Positions 1 to 9,068 of a DNA stretch of 64,000 bases are shown here, one piece after another; positions within the stretch are counted from its first letter, which is position 1, and each line of letters opens with the position of its first letter. The position numbers and the translations under genes were made by a program. The stretch is from positions 32,494-96,493 of the forward strand of contig CAYNTK010000009.1 of assembly GCA_964400285.1 (NCBI GenBank), written 5' to 3'. The DNA comes from an uncultured Ignavibacteriaceae bacterium (GTDB lineage Bacteria; Bacteroidota; Ignavibacteria; Tepidaquicellales; Tepidaquicellaceae). Below the pieces are notes generated by a model. It searched no databases, had not been told where the DNA came from, and was given only the letters and a program-made list of their open reading frames with translations.

Positions 1-533
1 TTTTTAGCAATCTCTGATAAAGACGGTATGTCAGCAACTTCAAGTAATGGATTGCTAATAGTTTCACAATAAATAATTTTAGTTTTTTTTGAAATTGCTT
101 TTTTTACTGAATCTAAGTCCGTTATATCTACAAAATTTACCTTAATTCCAAATTTTGGTAGAAAATTTTTAAACAATGCATATGTTCCTCCATAAATAGT
201 GTGACTTGAAACAATTTCATCTCCACTATTGCACAGTTGCATTACTACGCAATTAATTGCTCCCATACCTGAAGCTGTTACCTGTGCTGATTCAGTATCT
301 TCAAATCTTGCAAGAGCACCCGATAGATATTTGTTAATAGGATTCCAATGCCTTGAATATAAAAAACATCCCTCAATTTCATGCTCGAACATTTCCTGCA
401 TTTTATCAGTGCTTAAAAATGTAAACGTAGAAGAATCTGTAATGGATGGATTAACATCACCAAATTCTCCGAATACTAAATAATCGTGTATTGCTACACT
501 TGGATCAAATTTCATAACTTTCCGTTTCTTCAT
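1..533 (-). CDS. PLP-dependent Cys/Met-metabolism enzyme (methionine gamma-lyase / O-acetylhomoserine sulfhydrylase family), N-terminal part; the 3' end runs off the window
   Basis: Absent from the ORF track because it is open at the window edge. My reverse-strand translation from the ATG at 533 reads MKKRKVMKFDPSVAIHDYLVFGEFGDVNPSITDSSTF...YSRHWNPINKYL...ASGMGAINCV...IYGGTYALF...ETISNPLLEVADI. The YSRxxNP and ASGMxAI blocks are typical of this family. An alternative ATG lies at 515. Confidence 0.75.
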   Translation of the reverse strand, partial: MKKRKVMKFDPSVAIHDYLVFGEFGDVNPSITDSSTFTFLSTDKMQEMFEHEIEGCFLYSRHWNPINKYLSGALARFEDTESAQVTASGMGAINCVVMQLCNSGDEIVSSHTIYGGTYALFKNFLPKFGIKVNFVDITDLDSVKKAISKKTKIIYCETISNPLLEVADIPSLSEIAK

Positions 534-620
534 TTTTTTAAATTTAAATAATTTTAAATAAAGATTAATATGAAATAACAAACGTCAAAAAAGTATATGA
601 TAAAAACAGTAGCTTGCCTT

Positions 621-803
621 TCACTTTTTATTTTTTAAATTTTCTGTATTGGCTTTCATCTCTTTTTCCTCATCAAACAATACTCTAACAGACGGAGTAT
701 ATCTGTCTTCGTACTGTCCTGTTTTTACCGCCCACAAAAAAGCGATTAAAAAACTTGTGGCTACCAAAAGACTAATAATAATTAATATAATAATAATGGA
801 CAT
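621..803 (-). CDS. ccoS: cbb3-type cytochrome oxidase maturation protein CcoS/FixS
   Basis: 60 aa with a single TM. The block FLIAFLWAVKTGQYEDRYTPSVRVLFDEE matches the CcoS signature (FxWAxxxGQ[FY]xD...ILxDD). It sits immediately downstream of ccoI. Confidence 0.85.
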   Translation of the reverse strand: MSIIIILIIISLLVATSFLIAFLWAVKTGQYEDRYTPSVRVLFDEEKEMKANTENLKNKK

Positions 804-805
804 TC

Positions 806-3238
806 TTACAAGTCAGTTTTATTTAATAGTTTTTTTGCTACGAAATTTGAGGCCAAAATACAATACAAAACTACAGATACCGAACTTACAGGCATTAGAA
901 CCGCAGCAAACAAAGGAGAAAGCAGCCCGTTTACAGCAAAAAACAAACCAAAAATATTATATAATATAGAAAAAAAGAAACTTATGTAAATTATCTTCAT
1001 ACTTATTTTTGCATAAGAAATCATCTCTGGTAATTTTGAAAAATTCTCTGAATCCAAAATTCCATCACACGAAGGAGAAAAACCCGAGATATCTTCTGAA
1101 ATAGAAATCCCCACATCACTTTGTTTTATTGCTCCTGCATCGTTTAGTCCGTCACCTATCATTAAGACGTTTCTACCGGTTGTTTGTAGATTCTGTATAT
1201 AAGTTAGTTTATCCTCTGGCGATTGATTAAAAAGAAGATGTGAGTTTTTCTTGAAAATTTTTGTTAAGTATGACTTTTCATTTTCATTATCACCAGAAAT
1301 TAAATGCAGGTGATAATGATTTTCAAGTTTTGATACGACTTTCTCGAGACCTGTCCTATATAAGTTTCCAATGAGGAAAACACCAATCAATTTGTCGTCT
1401 ATTGAAAAATAAACCCTTGAAGATTTATCTTCATTCATAATTTTTTCTTCCTCTTTATTTCCTGTAACAAAAGAGAGAGAGCCAAGCGAAATTTTTAAAT
1501 TTGATATATATCCGCAAATCCCTTTTCCCCTTACTTCTTGTATGTTTGAGACCTCGTAAAGTTCATAATTTTGATATTCTAAATAAATTCTTCTACTAAG
1601 AGGATGAGTCGAATGTCTTGAAATAGATTTTATAAAAGACTTTTTGGTTTCGTCAAGTATATCACCCAAATAATTTACCTTAGAACTTCCACTTTGTGTT
1701 ATTGTTCCTGTTTTGTCGAAGACAACAGTATTAATTTTTGAAAGACGCTCAATTGTGTTTATGTTTTTCAAATAAAGCTTTCTTTTTCCATAGTTTCTTA
1801 AAGCATTCCCAAGCGTAAAAGGAATTGCAAGTGCTATTGCACATGGGCAAGCAACTATTAAGACCGAAGTAAAAACGCTAATTGCAATGTTTGGATTTAT
1901 AATCAACCAAACTATACTGGAAACACTTGCAATTAATAAGACCACAATTGTAAAATATTTTCCAATGGTGTTAGAAAATCTCGAAACAGTTTGCTCACCA
2001 TTTTTTGAAAAAGTATCATTATTCCAAAGCTGGGTTAGATAACTTTGAGAGACCTCTTTTAAGACTTCTAACTCAATTGCTTCACCAAATTGCTTTCCCC
2101 CCGCATAGACTATTTCTCCCATAACTTTATTTACAGGGGTTGATTCACCTGTAACGAAGCTATAATCTATGTTTCCTTCTCCTTTAAAAAGTATTGAGTC
2201 TGCAGGGATAAGTTCTCCATTCCTTACAATTATTCTATCTCCGATTTTAAGTTTTGAGAGAGGAATTGTGGTTTCAATGCCGGATTTAATTATAGCAACA
2301 GAAAGAGGAAAATACGATTTGTACGTTCTTTCAAAATTAAGAGCATCATAAGTCTTATTTTGAAATATTTTTCCTACAAGTAACAAAAAAACAAGCATTG
2401 TCATTGAGTCCGAATATCCTGCACCGGTTTGTGTAATTATTTCAACCGCGCTCCTAAAAAACAAAACAAATATACCAAGTGAAATAGGAAAATCAATGTT
2501 AATAATTTTCTTTCTTAACCCTTTTATTGCGGGAATGTAATACACACTTGCACTGTATAATAATACCGGCAAGGAAAGAATTAGATTTAAATATCCAAAA
2601 AAATTTCCCAACATAAAATCGTAAGATCTATCGAGCCCAAGATATTCTGGAAAACTTAATAACATTATATTACCAGCAGCAAAACCCGCAACGCCGATTC
2701 TGTAATAAAGCTTTTTGTCATAATCTGTTTTTCTTTTCTTTTCGACTGATTCAAGATTTATAAGTGGCTCGTATCCAATTGTATCAAGTAATTCTATGAT
2801 TTGCTTAAGAGAAGTTTTATCGTTAAAAAATTTTAAAGATAATTTTTTCTGTAAAAAATTCACCTGAGAAGATATTATTCCTTTGTTTAGTTTGCTTAGG
2901 TTTTCCAAAAGCCAAATGCAGGAACTACAGTGCATTTGGGGAATGTTGAATGTAACCATGCTTATGTTACCTTCAGAAAAATCAAGGACTTGTTTTGTGG
3001 TGGCTTCATCATCTAAATACAAATACTTTGTTTTACTTCTTACAGAAGGAGTTAAACCTGGATTTTTTTCGAAATCGTAATATTTACAAAGCTTATTTTC
3101 TTCTAAAATTTCAAATACAACTTTACAACCTTGACAGCAAAAAAACTTGTCATCTTTACTTATTGTCTTATCTTTGCAGATGTCTCCGCAATGATAACAA
3201 ATTACCTTTTCGTTAATGAATGCTTTCTCGTTATACAT
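806..3238 (-). CDS. ccoI: heavy-metal (copper) translocating P1B-type ATPase, CcoI/FixI-like
   Basis: N-terminal Cys-rich FixI-type domain (CYHCGDIC, CCQGCK). HMA-like MHCSSC. Transmembrane CPC (VACPCAIAL). Phosphorylation site DKTGTIT. Hinge GDGLNDA. Confidence 0.9.
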   Translation of the reverse strand: MYNEKAFINEKVICYHCGDICKDKTISKDDKFFCCQGCKVVFEILEENKLCKYYDFEKNPGLTPSVRSKTKYLYLDDEATTKQVLDFSEGNISMVTFNIPQMHCSSCIWLLENLSKLNKGIISSQVNFLQKKLSLKFFNDKTSLKQIIELLDTIGYEPLINLESVEKKRKTDYDKKLYYRIGVAGFAAGNIMLLSFPEYLGLDRSYDFMLGNFFGYLNLILSLPVLLYSASVYYIPAIKGLRKKIINIDFPISLGIFVLFFRSAVEIITQTGAGYSDSMTMLVFLLLVGKIFQNKTYDALNFERTYKSYFPLSVAIIKSGIETTIPLSKLKIGDRIIVRNGELIPADSILFKGEGNIDYSFVTGESTPVNKVMGEIVYAGGKQFGEAIELEVLKEVSQSYLTQLWNNDTFSKNGEQTVSRFSNTIGKYFTIVVLLIASVSSIVWLIINPNIAISVFTSVLIVACPCAIALAIPFTLGNALRNYGKRKLYLKNINTIERLSKINTVVFDKTGTITQSGSSKVNYLGDILDETKKSFIKSISRHSTHPLSRRIYLEYQNYELYEVSNIQEVRGKGICGYISNLKISLGSLSFVTGNKEEEKIMNEDKSSRVYFSIDDKLIGVFLIGNLYRTGLEKVVSKLENHYHLHLISGDNENEKSYLTKIFKKNSHLLFNQSPEDKLTYIQNLQTTGRNVLMIGDGLNDAGAIKQSDVGISISEDISGFSPSCDGILDSENFSKLPEMISYAKISMKIIYISFFFSILYNIFGLFFAVNGLLSPLFAAVLMPVSSVSVVLYCILASNFVAKKLLNKTDL

Positions 3239-3416
3239 TGATAAAATGTTCGCAAATTCTTAATATATTTAAGGTATTGAAAGAAAAAACAAAGATTGTA
3301 ATTCAAATAAAAACCAGAGAACAAATTAAACTATGTTTTTTTTCCTTAGAATATTCAACACAAATTTTGCTCTCCTCGTTCCGTAAAAATAAATAACTAA
3401 AATAATAATAATCGAA

Positions 3417-4868
3417 TTAGGAAATGCCGTTTTTCTTGCCTAAATATTTGTCTAACATATCATAAAACTCTTCTTTAATAAATGGTTTTGCTAAGTAATC
3501 ATCCATACCAACACTTAAACATTTTTCCCTATCAGCTTTTACGGCATATGCGGTGATTCCGATAATCGGTATGTGCTTGCCTGTTCCTTTTTCTATTTCA
3601 CGTATTATAGCCGTTGCTTCTAATCCATCCATTACGGGCATTTGTATATCCATTAAAATAATATCGAAGTTAGATTGTTCTAAAATATCGAAAATTTTCA
3701 GTCCATTCTCAACGATTGTGACCTCATAATCTTTTCTCGCTAATAATTCTTTGACTAATCGTTGGTTAACAATGTTGTCTTCTGCTACTAATATGTTTGC
3801 TTTTTTCTTTGTTTTAGTTTCATGAGGAACAACTTCTTTTTTTACGGGCTTAATTAAATGTGGCGATGCGGTTTCAAAAGGAAGCTGAATTGTAAATACT
3901 GAACCTTCGTTTTCAATGCTTTCCACCGTGAGTTTCCCTCTCATTAATAATATAAGGTGTTTTACGATTGCTGTTCCAAGACCTGTTCCTCTATACTCGA
4001 AGGGGGGTATTTCATCGGTTGGTTCTTTTCCGTTTATGTCCCCAAAAATAAAATTTAGTTTTTCTCTTGACATTCCACATCCTGTGTCACTTATTTTGAA
4101 TTCTAACCATACTTTGTTCTTTTCCCTTGAAAGCTCTCTTAATTCAAGTTCTATGTGCCCTTTTTCTGTCGAATTGAGAGAATTTTTTAACAAATTTATT
4201 ATAATTTGATTTACTCTTAATGGATCACCAATTATGTTGTAATCAATTTTTTCGTCAATCCCTATATTTAACGATAATTTTTTTCTTTTTGCGTCGAAAT
4301 CTAAAATTTGTGATGTTTTATTAATGAGTTCTTTTATATTAAACTCTAATTTTTCGAGTTTTAATTTTCCCGTCTCTATTCTCGAAAAATCTAATACATC
4401 ATTTATTATTGCAAGAAGTGTGCTTGAAGAAAAATTTATAATATCTAAATATTCTCTTTGTTCTTTTGTTAGGTTTGTTAATAACATAAGTTCTGTCATA
4501 CCAATTATTCCACTCATAGGTGTTCTTATTTCCTGGCTCATATTAGAGAGAAATTGTGTCTTTGCTTCATTTAAAGCTTCGATTTTTTGTTTTTCTGCAA
4601 TCAAATTATTGAATTTTTCATTTATCTCACTTATAGTATTTGTTTTCTTATTATCTGGTTGTTGCTTTTCTGTTCCAACTACATCTTTCTTCAAAATCAT
4701 ATATGTTATGAAACCAAATATGCAGGCAGTTAGAATTAAAAATAACAGTGACAGCAGTAAAGTTTCGGGTGGGAGTTTAATTGTTGCGGTGAAAAAAAGT
4801 ATTACAAGAATTCCAAATGCAAAATAAAATAGACTTACCTTTAGAGAAGTTTTAAATTGTAAATTCAT
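3417..4868 (-). CDS. hybrid sensor histidine kinase / response regulator (2 TM, HisKA, HATPase_c, REC); the H-box His is replaced by Gln
   Basis: N box IINLLKNSLNST. G1 box DTGCGM. G2 box GTGLGTAI. Receiver ILMDIQMPVMDG with ILVAEDN. The H-box reads FLSNMSQEIRTP instead of SHE[IL]RTP. There is no extracytoplasmic sensor domain. Confidence 0.85.
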   Translation of the reverse strand: MNLQFKTSLKVSLFYFAFGILVILFFTATIKLPPETLLLSLLFLILTACIFGFITYMILKKDVVGTEKQQPDNKKTNTISEINEKFNNLIAEKQKIEALNEAKTQFLSNMSQEIRTPMSGIIGMTELMLLTNLTKEQREYLDIINFSSSTLLAIINDVLDFSRIETGKLKLEKLEFNIKELINKTSQILDFDAKRKKLSLNIGIDEKIDYNIIGDPLRVNQIIINLLKNSLNSTEKGHIELELRELSREKNKVWLEFKISDTGCGMSREKLNFIFGDINGKEPTDEIPPFEYRGTGLGTAIVKHLILLMRGKLTVESIENEGSVFTIQLPFETASPHLIKPVKKEVVPHETKTKKKANILVAEDNIVNQRLVKELLARKDYEVTIVENGLKIFDILEQSNFDIILMDIQMPVMDGLEATAIIREIEKGTGKHIPIIGITAYAVKADREKCLSVGMDDYLAKPFIKEEFYDMLDKYLGKKNGIS

Positions 4869-5219
4869 TTTTCGATATTATACCTATTTAATGTTTTAAC
4901 AAAATGAAAATATAATAATTATAGCATAAACTTAATAAATTATCTTTATAGAATGTTCAAAAAATATATAAACAATAACAATAATTCAACTTATTTAATT
5001 TAAACACAATAAAAAAAATTTTTATATACCATTATTTGTGATTTTCAAATTTTGGTTAATAGTATATAGTTGTTTTCTAAAGAGTTTGTTTATACAGGCT
5101 TTAAAAATAATAATATTTTAATATACTTTCTAATTTTTTTAAAATTGCTTGGAACTTGATGATTATTATTCTTGTTTATCTGTATATACATATAATGTAG
5201 AAACATTAAAAACAATAAA

Positions 5220-5669
5220 ATGAAATTGGAAGAAGAAATAAAACAAAAAAAATTTTATAACGAGTATGAAAAACTTATTGTAAATGTTTTATTTACAGGA
5301 AATTGGATGAATTTGGTCAATTCAAAAAATCTGAAACCTTATGGACTTACTTTACCGCAGTATAATGTACTTAGAATACTAAGAGGTCAATATCCTAAAC
5401 CAGCAACGGTTAATCTTTTAATTGAAAGAATGCTTGATAAGTCTTCTAACGCATCAAGAATAGTTGATAAGCTTTTAGAGAAAAATCTTGTAACGCGGAA
5501 AATCTGTAAGAATGATAGACGTTCTGTAGATATTCTTATTACTGAAAAGGGTCTAGAATTACTTAGAAAAATTGATTTGCTTCAACCGAAATGGAGAAAA
5601 GAATTTGAGACTCTCTCCGAAGTTGAAGCAAAAAACTTAAATTACCTATTGGATAAATTAAGAGGATAA
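5220..5669 (+). CDS. MarR family transcriptional regulator
   Basis: 149 aa. Winged-helix block LTLPQYNVLRILRG...ASRIVDKLLEKNLVTRK...DRRSVDILITEKG is typical of MarR/SlyA. Confidence 0.8.
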   Translation: MKLEEEIKQKKFYNEYEKLIVNVLFTGNWMNLVNSKNLKPYGLTLPQYNVLRILRGQYPKPATVNLLIERMLDKSSNASRIVDKLLEKNLVTRKICKNDRRSVDILITEKGLELLRKIDLLQPKWRKEFETLSEVEAKNLNYLLDKLRG

Positions 5670-5702
5670 AAATTTTTATTAATAACTAAAATCATAAAAC
5701 AT

Positions 5703-6383
5703 ATGAAAACAAAAAACAATATTTATTTAGCAGCAACGATGTCAATTGTAATTTTCATTTCGGCACTATTTATTATAGGGTGTGGTAAATCTAATAAAGA
5801 AGCTAAAATGATATCTAGCGAAAAATCAGGTGAATCTAATAAAGGCTCTCAGGTTTTGAAACTGGATACTTCCTTTAGTATTGTTAATTGGCACGGTAAA
5901 AAAGTAACAGGTGAACATGATGGAACTATTAAGATTGTAAAAGGAGAAATTAATGTTGATAAAGATAATGTGGTTGGTGGAAGCCTTGAAATAGATATGA
6001 ACTCAATTGTTTGCCGAGACTTAGAAGATGAAGAATGGAATGCGAAGCTCATAAAACATTTAAAATCAGATGATTTTTTTTCAGTTGAAAAACATCCGAC
6101 ATCCAAATTCGAAATTATAAAGGTTGAGCCCTTAAATGACCCCGCAAAACCTAATTATAATAATATAGTAAAAGGAAACTTGACTATAAAAGGAATTACA
6201 AAAGGTATCTCGTTCCCCGCTTCGATAAAAATCGAAAATGGAGTCTTAAACTCTTTTGCGGATTTCGATATTGATAGAACAGAATGGGATATTAAATATG
6301 GTTCGGGAAAATTCTTCGAAAACCTCGGAGATAAAATGATTAACGATAAATTCAATATTAAATTTAAAATTTCTGCTAAATAA
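5703..6383 (+). CDS. YceI-family (polyisoprenoid-binding) lipoprotein
   Basis: Signal peptide plus lipobox (FIIGCGK). YceI-like blocks are present: GGSLEIDMNSI, HLKSDDFFSVEKHPTSKF, GNLTIKGITKGISFPASI. Confidence 0.85.
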   Translation: MKTKNNIYLAATMSIVIFISALFIIGCGKSNKEAKMISSEKSGESNKGSQVLKLDTSFSIVNWHGKKVTGEHDGTIKIVKGEINVDKDNVVGGSLEIDMNSIVCRDLEDEEWNAKLIKHLKSDDFFSVEKHPTSKFEIIKVEPLNDPAKPNYNNIVKGNLTIKGITKGISFPASIKIENGVLNSFADFDIDRTEWDIKYGSGKFFENLGDKMINDKFNIKFKISAK

Positions 6384-6404
6384 ATTTTATTAAAATTTGA
6401 AACT

Positions 6405-7016
6405 ATGATAAATAAAATAACTAAAGATGTGTTAGATAAGGGATTCTCGTTTTCAGAATATAAGGAATTAATAGATAGGCTCTTATCCGAAGGCAAAACA
6501 ACAGGCTCTAATCAATCGAAAGATTTAGTAGAGTACACAAGACTAAATGTTACACGTATGAATAGAATTTTGAAAACCACAGTTATAAACGATGAACTGA
6601 AAAACGAACTAAATCTTTTGAATAAAAATTGGATATGGCTTGTCATTAGTGAGGCTTGGTGCGGTGACGTTGCTAACATCGTGCCGGTAATTTATAAAAT
6701 TTCAGAGCTAAACCGAAATATTAATTTAAAGATTATTCTTAGAGACGAGAATCCCGATATTATGAATAATTACCTTACAAATGGAGCGAAATCTATTCCG
6801 ATTTTAATTTGCTTAAATGCAGATTCTCTGGAGGAAATAGGAAAATGGGGTCCAAGACCCAAACAATTACAAAACCTTGTTCTCAATTTAAAAAAATCAA
6901 AAGATTTCAATATTAATGAATTGAAAAAAACAATTCAGATTTGGTATGCTAACGACAAAACGCAATCTATTCAAAAAGAATTATTTGAAAAAATTAATGA
7001 ATGGAAAAAATATTAA
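6405..7016 (+). CDS. thioredoxin-fold family protein (WCGD-type)
   Basis: WLVISEAWCGDVANIVP, ILRDENPD, NGAKSIPILI and WGPRP match the approximately 200-aa thioredoxin-like family common in Bacteroidota. It carries a single Cys in the WCGD motif. Confidence 0.65.
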   Translation: MINKITKDVLDKGFSFSEYKELIDRLLSEGKTTGSNQSKDLVEYTRLNVTRMNRILKTTVINDELKNELNLLNKNWIWLVISEAWCGDVANIVPVIYKISELNRNINLKIILRDENPDIMNNYLTNGAKSIPILICLNADSLEEIGKWGPRPKQLQNLVLNLKKSKDFNINELKKTIQIWYANDKTQSIQKELFEKINEWKKY

Positions 7017-7025
7017 TTACACATT

Positions 7026-7739
7026 ATGAAAACCATAATTCATAGAGCTAATACAAGAGGTTATTTTGACCATGGATGGTTGAAAACTTTTCATACATTC
7101 AGCTTTGCAGGATATTATGATAAATCTCGCGTTCATTTCGGAATGCTGAGGGTTATAAACGATGATGTTGTCGAACCGGGTCAGGGATTCGGAACCCACC
7201 CACACGATAATATGGAAATAGTCACAATTCCAATTTTTGGCTTCCTTGCTCATAGAGATAGTATGGGACACGAAGAGGTAATTGCCGAAAACGAAATTCA
7301 GGTGATGTCTGCAGGCTCGGGATTGACTCACTCCGAATATAATGCTTCGGATAAAGAAATTGTTAACCTTTTACAAATTTGGGTTTTCCCTAAAGTCGAG
7401 AATATCGAACCGCGATATGAACAGAAATTCTTTGACTCATTTTTAATGAAAAATAATATCTATACAGTCGTTTCTCCGGAAAAGAATAGCGATGCCCTAT
7501 GGATAAATCAGGATGCCTATTTTTCGTTGGCGGAATTAGACGCCGAAAAAAACATTGAATACAAAATTAATAAAAAGGACAACGGGCTGTATGTTTTCGT
7601 TATTAAAGGCTTAATAAATATAGTCAGTGAAGAACTTAGCGAAAGAGACGGAATGGGAATCGAAGAGGTTGATTCAGTTAACGTAAAAGCAAAATCGGAT
7701 TCAAAAATTTTATTCATTGAAGTTCCTATGGCGGGATGA
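7026..7739 (+). CDS. pirin family protein (bicupin)
   Basis: HRANTRGYFDHGWLKTFHTFSF and GFGTHPHDNMEIVT are the canonical pirin N-terminal cupin metal-binding motifs. Confidence 0.9.
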   Translation: MKTIIHRANTRGYFDHGWLKTFHTFSFAGYYDKSRVHFGMLRVINDDVVEPGQGFGTHPHDNMEIVTIPIFGFLAHRDSMGHEEVIAENEIQVMSAGSGLTHSEYNASDKEIVNLLQIWVFPKVENIEPRYEQKFFDSFLMKNNIYTVVSPEKNSDALWINQDAYFSLAELDAEKNIEYKINKKDNGLYVFVIKGLINIVSEELSERDGMGIEEVDSVNVKAKSDSKILFIEVPMAG

Positions 7740-7794
7740 AGCAATCATTAAAATTTAAACTTTATAAATCTTACAAACAATTTTAACTTATATT

Positions 7795-8334
7795 ATGAAA
7801 AAATTATTAATAATATCGGGCAGTTTAAGAAAAGATTCTTTTAACAGTGCGTTAGCAAGGTCGTCAATGGAATTGAGTCCCGAAAATACAAATATTGATA
7901 TTTTAGATTTAAACCAAATTCCATTGTTCAATGAAGACGAGAGGTTAAAGGAAATTCCTGAAAGTGTAAAAATCTTTTCGGAAAAAATATCTTTGGCAGA
8001 TGGTATACTTATTATAACCCCAGAATATAATTATTCTATTCCAGGAGTTTTAAAAAATGCAATTGACTGGGTTTCAAAAATGCCAGAACAGCCATTTAAC
8101 AAAAAACCTACGGCAATTATGGGAGCTACCACAGGGATGCTTGGTACCGTTAGGGCTCAATTGCACCTAAGAGAAGTTTTATTTGCTCTTAATGCGAACT
8201 TGATTAATTCTCCCGAAGTATATATAAATTTTGTAAAAGATAAATTCGATTCAAACGGTAAATTGGTAGACATAAAGACGAAAGAAAAAATAAAAAGTTT
8301 ACTGCTGGCTTTATGCGAAAAGGTCGAAAAATAA
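7795..8334 (+). CDS. NADPH-dependent FMN reductase family oxidoreductase
   Basis: ISGSLRKDSFNSALA, ITPEYNYSIPGVLKNAIDW and GMLGTVRAQ are typical of the FMN_red / flavodoxin-like fold. Confidence 0.8.
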   Translation: MKKLLIISGSLRKDSFNSALARSSMELSPENTNIDILDLNQIPLFNEDERLKEIPESVKIFSEKISLADGILIITPEYNYSIPGVLKNAIDWVSKMPEQPFNKKPTAIMGATTGMLGTVRAQLHLREVLFALNANLINSPEVYINFVKDKFDSNGKLVDIKTKEKIKSLLLALCEKVEK

Positions 8335-8419
8335 AATGATATTTCATTTATAATAACCCGATAAATTTGTATTTTATTGTTAGAAATCGAATTTTTATTT
8401 ATTTTCTAGCAATAATTTT

Positions 8420-9061
8420 ATGTTACAGATATTAATTGGAAGCCTTATACTCAGCATCACTCACGCATTGATACCAAATCACTGGTTTCCGCTTGTTGCT
8501 ATTAGTAAATCCGAAAAATGGACAAGGCGGGAAACCCTTTTGGTCACAGCTATCACAGGCTTTGCCCACATTACGAGTACTATAATAATTGGAATAATAG
8601 TTGGTTTCGTTGGTTATAAATTAAGTGATTCGCTTGAAACTATTACACATATAATTGCTCCCGGTGTTCTAATTCTCTTTGGAATTATTTATTTAGTTTT
8701 AAATTTTATAAGACCGCATCACCACCATCACCATATAAGTTCGGAGGATTTGCAGCAAACCGACAAAAAATCGAAACTTGCAATTGTTTTTTCTTTTGGT
8801 GCTTTAATGTTCTTTTCTCCCTGTATAGAAATCGAAGCATATTACTTTACGGCAGGCTCTATAGGCTGGGCGGGAATATTAATCTTATCTTTTATATACC
8901 TTGTGGTAACGGTTTCCTTTATGATTTTTCTCGTTGATTTCGGTAGGAGGAGTCTGGAAAAATTGAGCGAAAAATTACACTTCCTCGATAAATACGAAAG
9001 AGTTATAACAGGTGTCGTCCTGATTCTGCTTGGATTTTTTACGTATTTTGTGAAATTATAA
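8420..9061 (+). CDS. polytopic membrane protein with a cytoplasmic His6 loop; putative divalent-metal (Ni/Co-type) transporter, family uncertain
   Basis: About 6 TM. TM1 carries HALIPNHW (an HxxxxxH metal-type motif). The central loop is RPHHHHHHISSED. The family assignment is an analogy to RcnA/NicO/HupE-like proteins and was not verified. Confidence 0.4.
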   Translation: MLQILIGSLILSITHALIPNHWFPLVAISKSEKWTRRETLLVTAITGFAHITSTIIIGIIVGFVGYKLSDSLETITHIIAPGVLILFGIIYLVLNFIRPHHHHHHISSEDLQQTDKKSKLAIVFSFGALMFFSPCIEIEAYYFTAGSIGWAGILILSFIYLVVTVSFMIFLVDFGRRSLEKLSEKLHFLDKYERVITGVVLILLGFFTYFVKL

Positions 9062-9068
9062 AATTTAT

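Noticed and set aside
229-969. Plus-strand ORFs 229-483 and 649-969
   Set aside because: They are antisense to the PLP-enzyme, ccoS and ccoI coding regions, all of which have strong family motifs. The translations look like reverse-frame noise.
3916-4827. Plus-strand ORFs 3916-4209 and 4324-4827 inside the histidine kinase gene
   Set aside because: They are shadow ORFs, rich in Ser/Phe/Ile from the AT-rich antisense frames. The minus-strand kinase carries all kinase and receiver motifs.
8717-8734. His6 tract as an engineered affinity tag or cloning artefact
   Set aside because: It is internal to a native-looking membrane protein loop. It uses mixed CAT/CAC codons and has no vector-like flanks. 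It fits natural His-rich metal-transporter loops.
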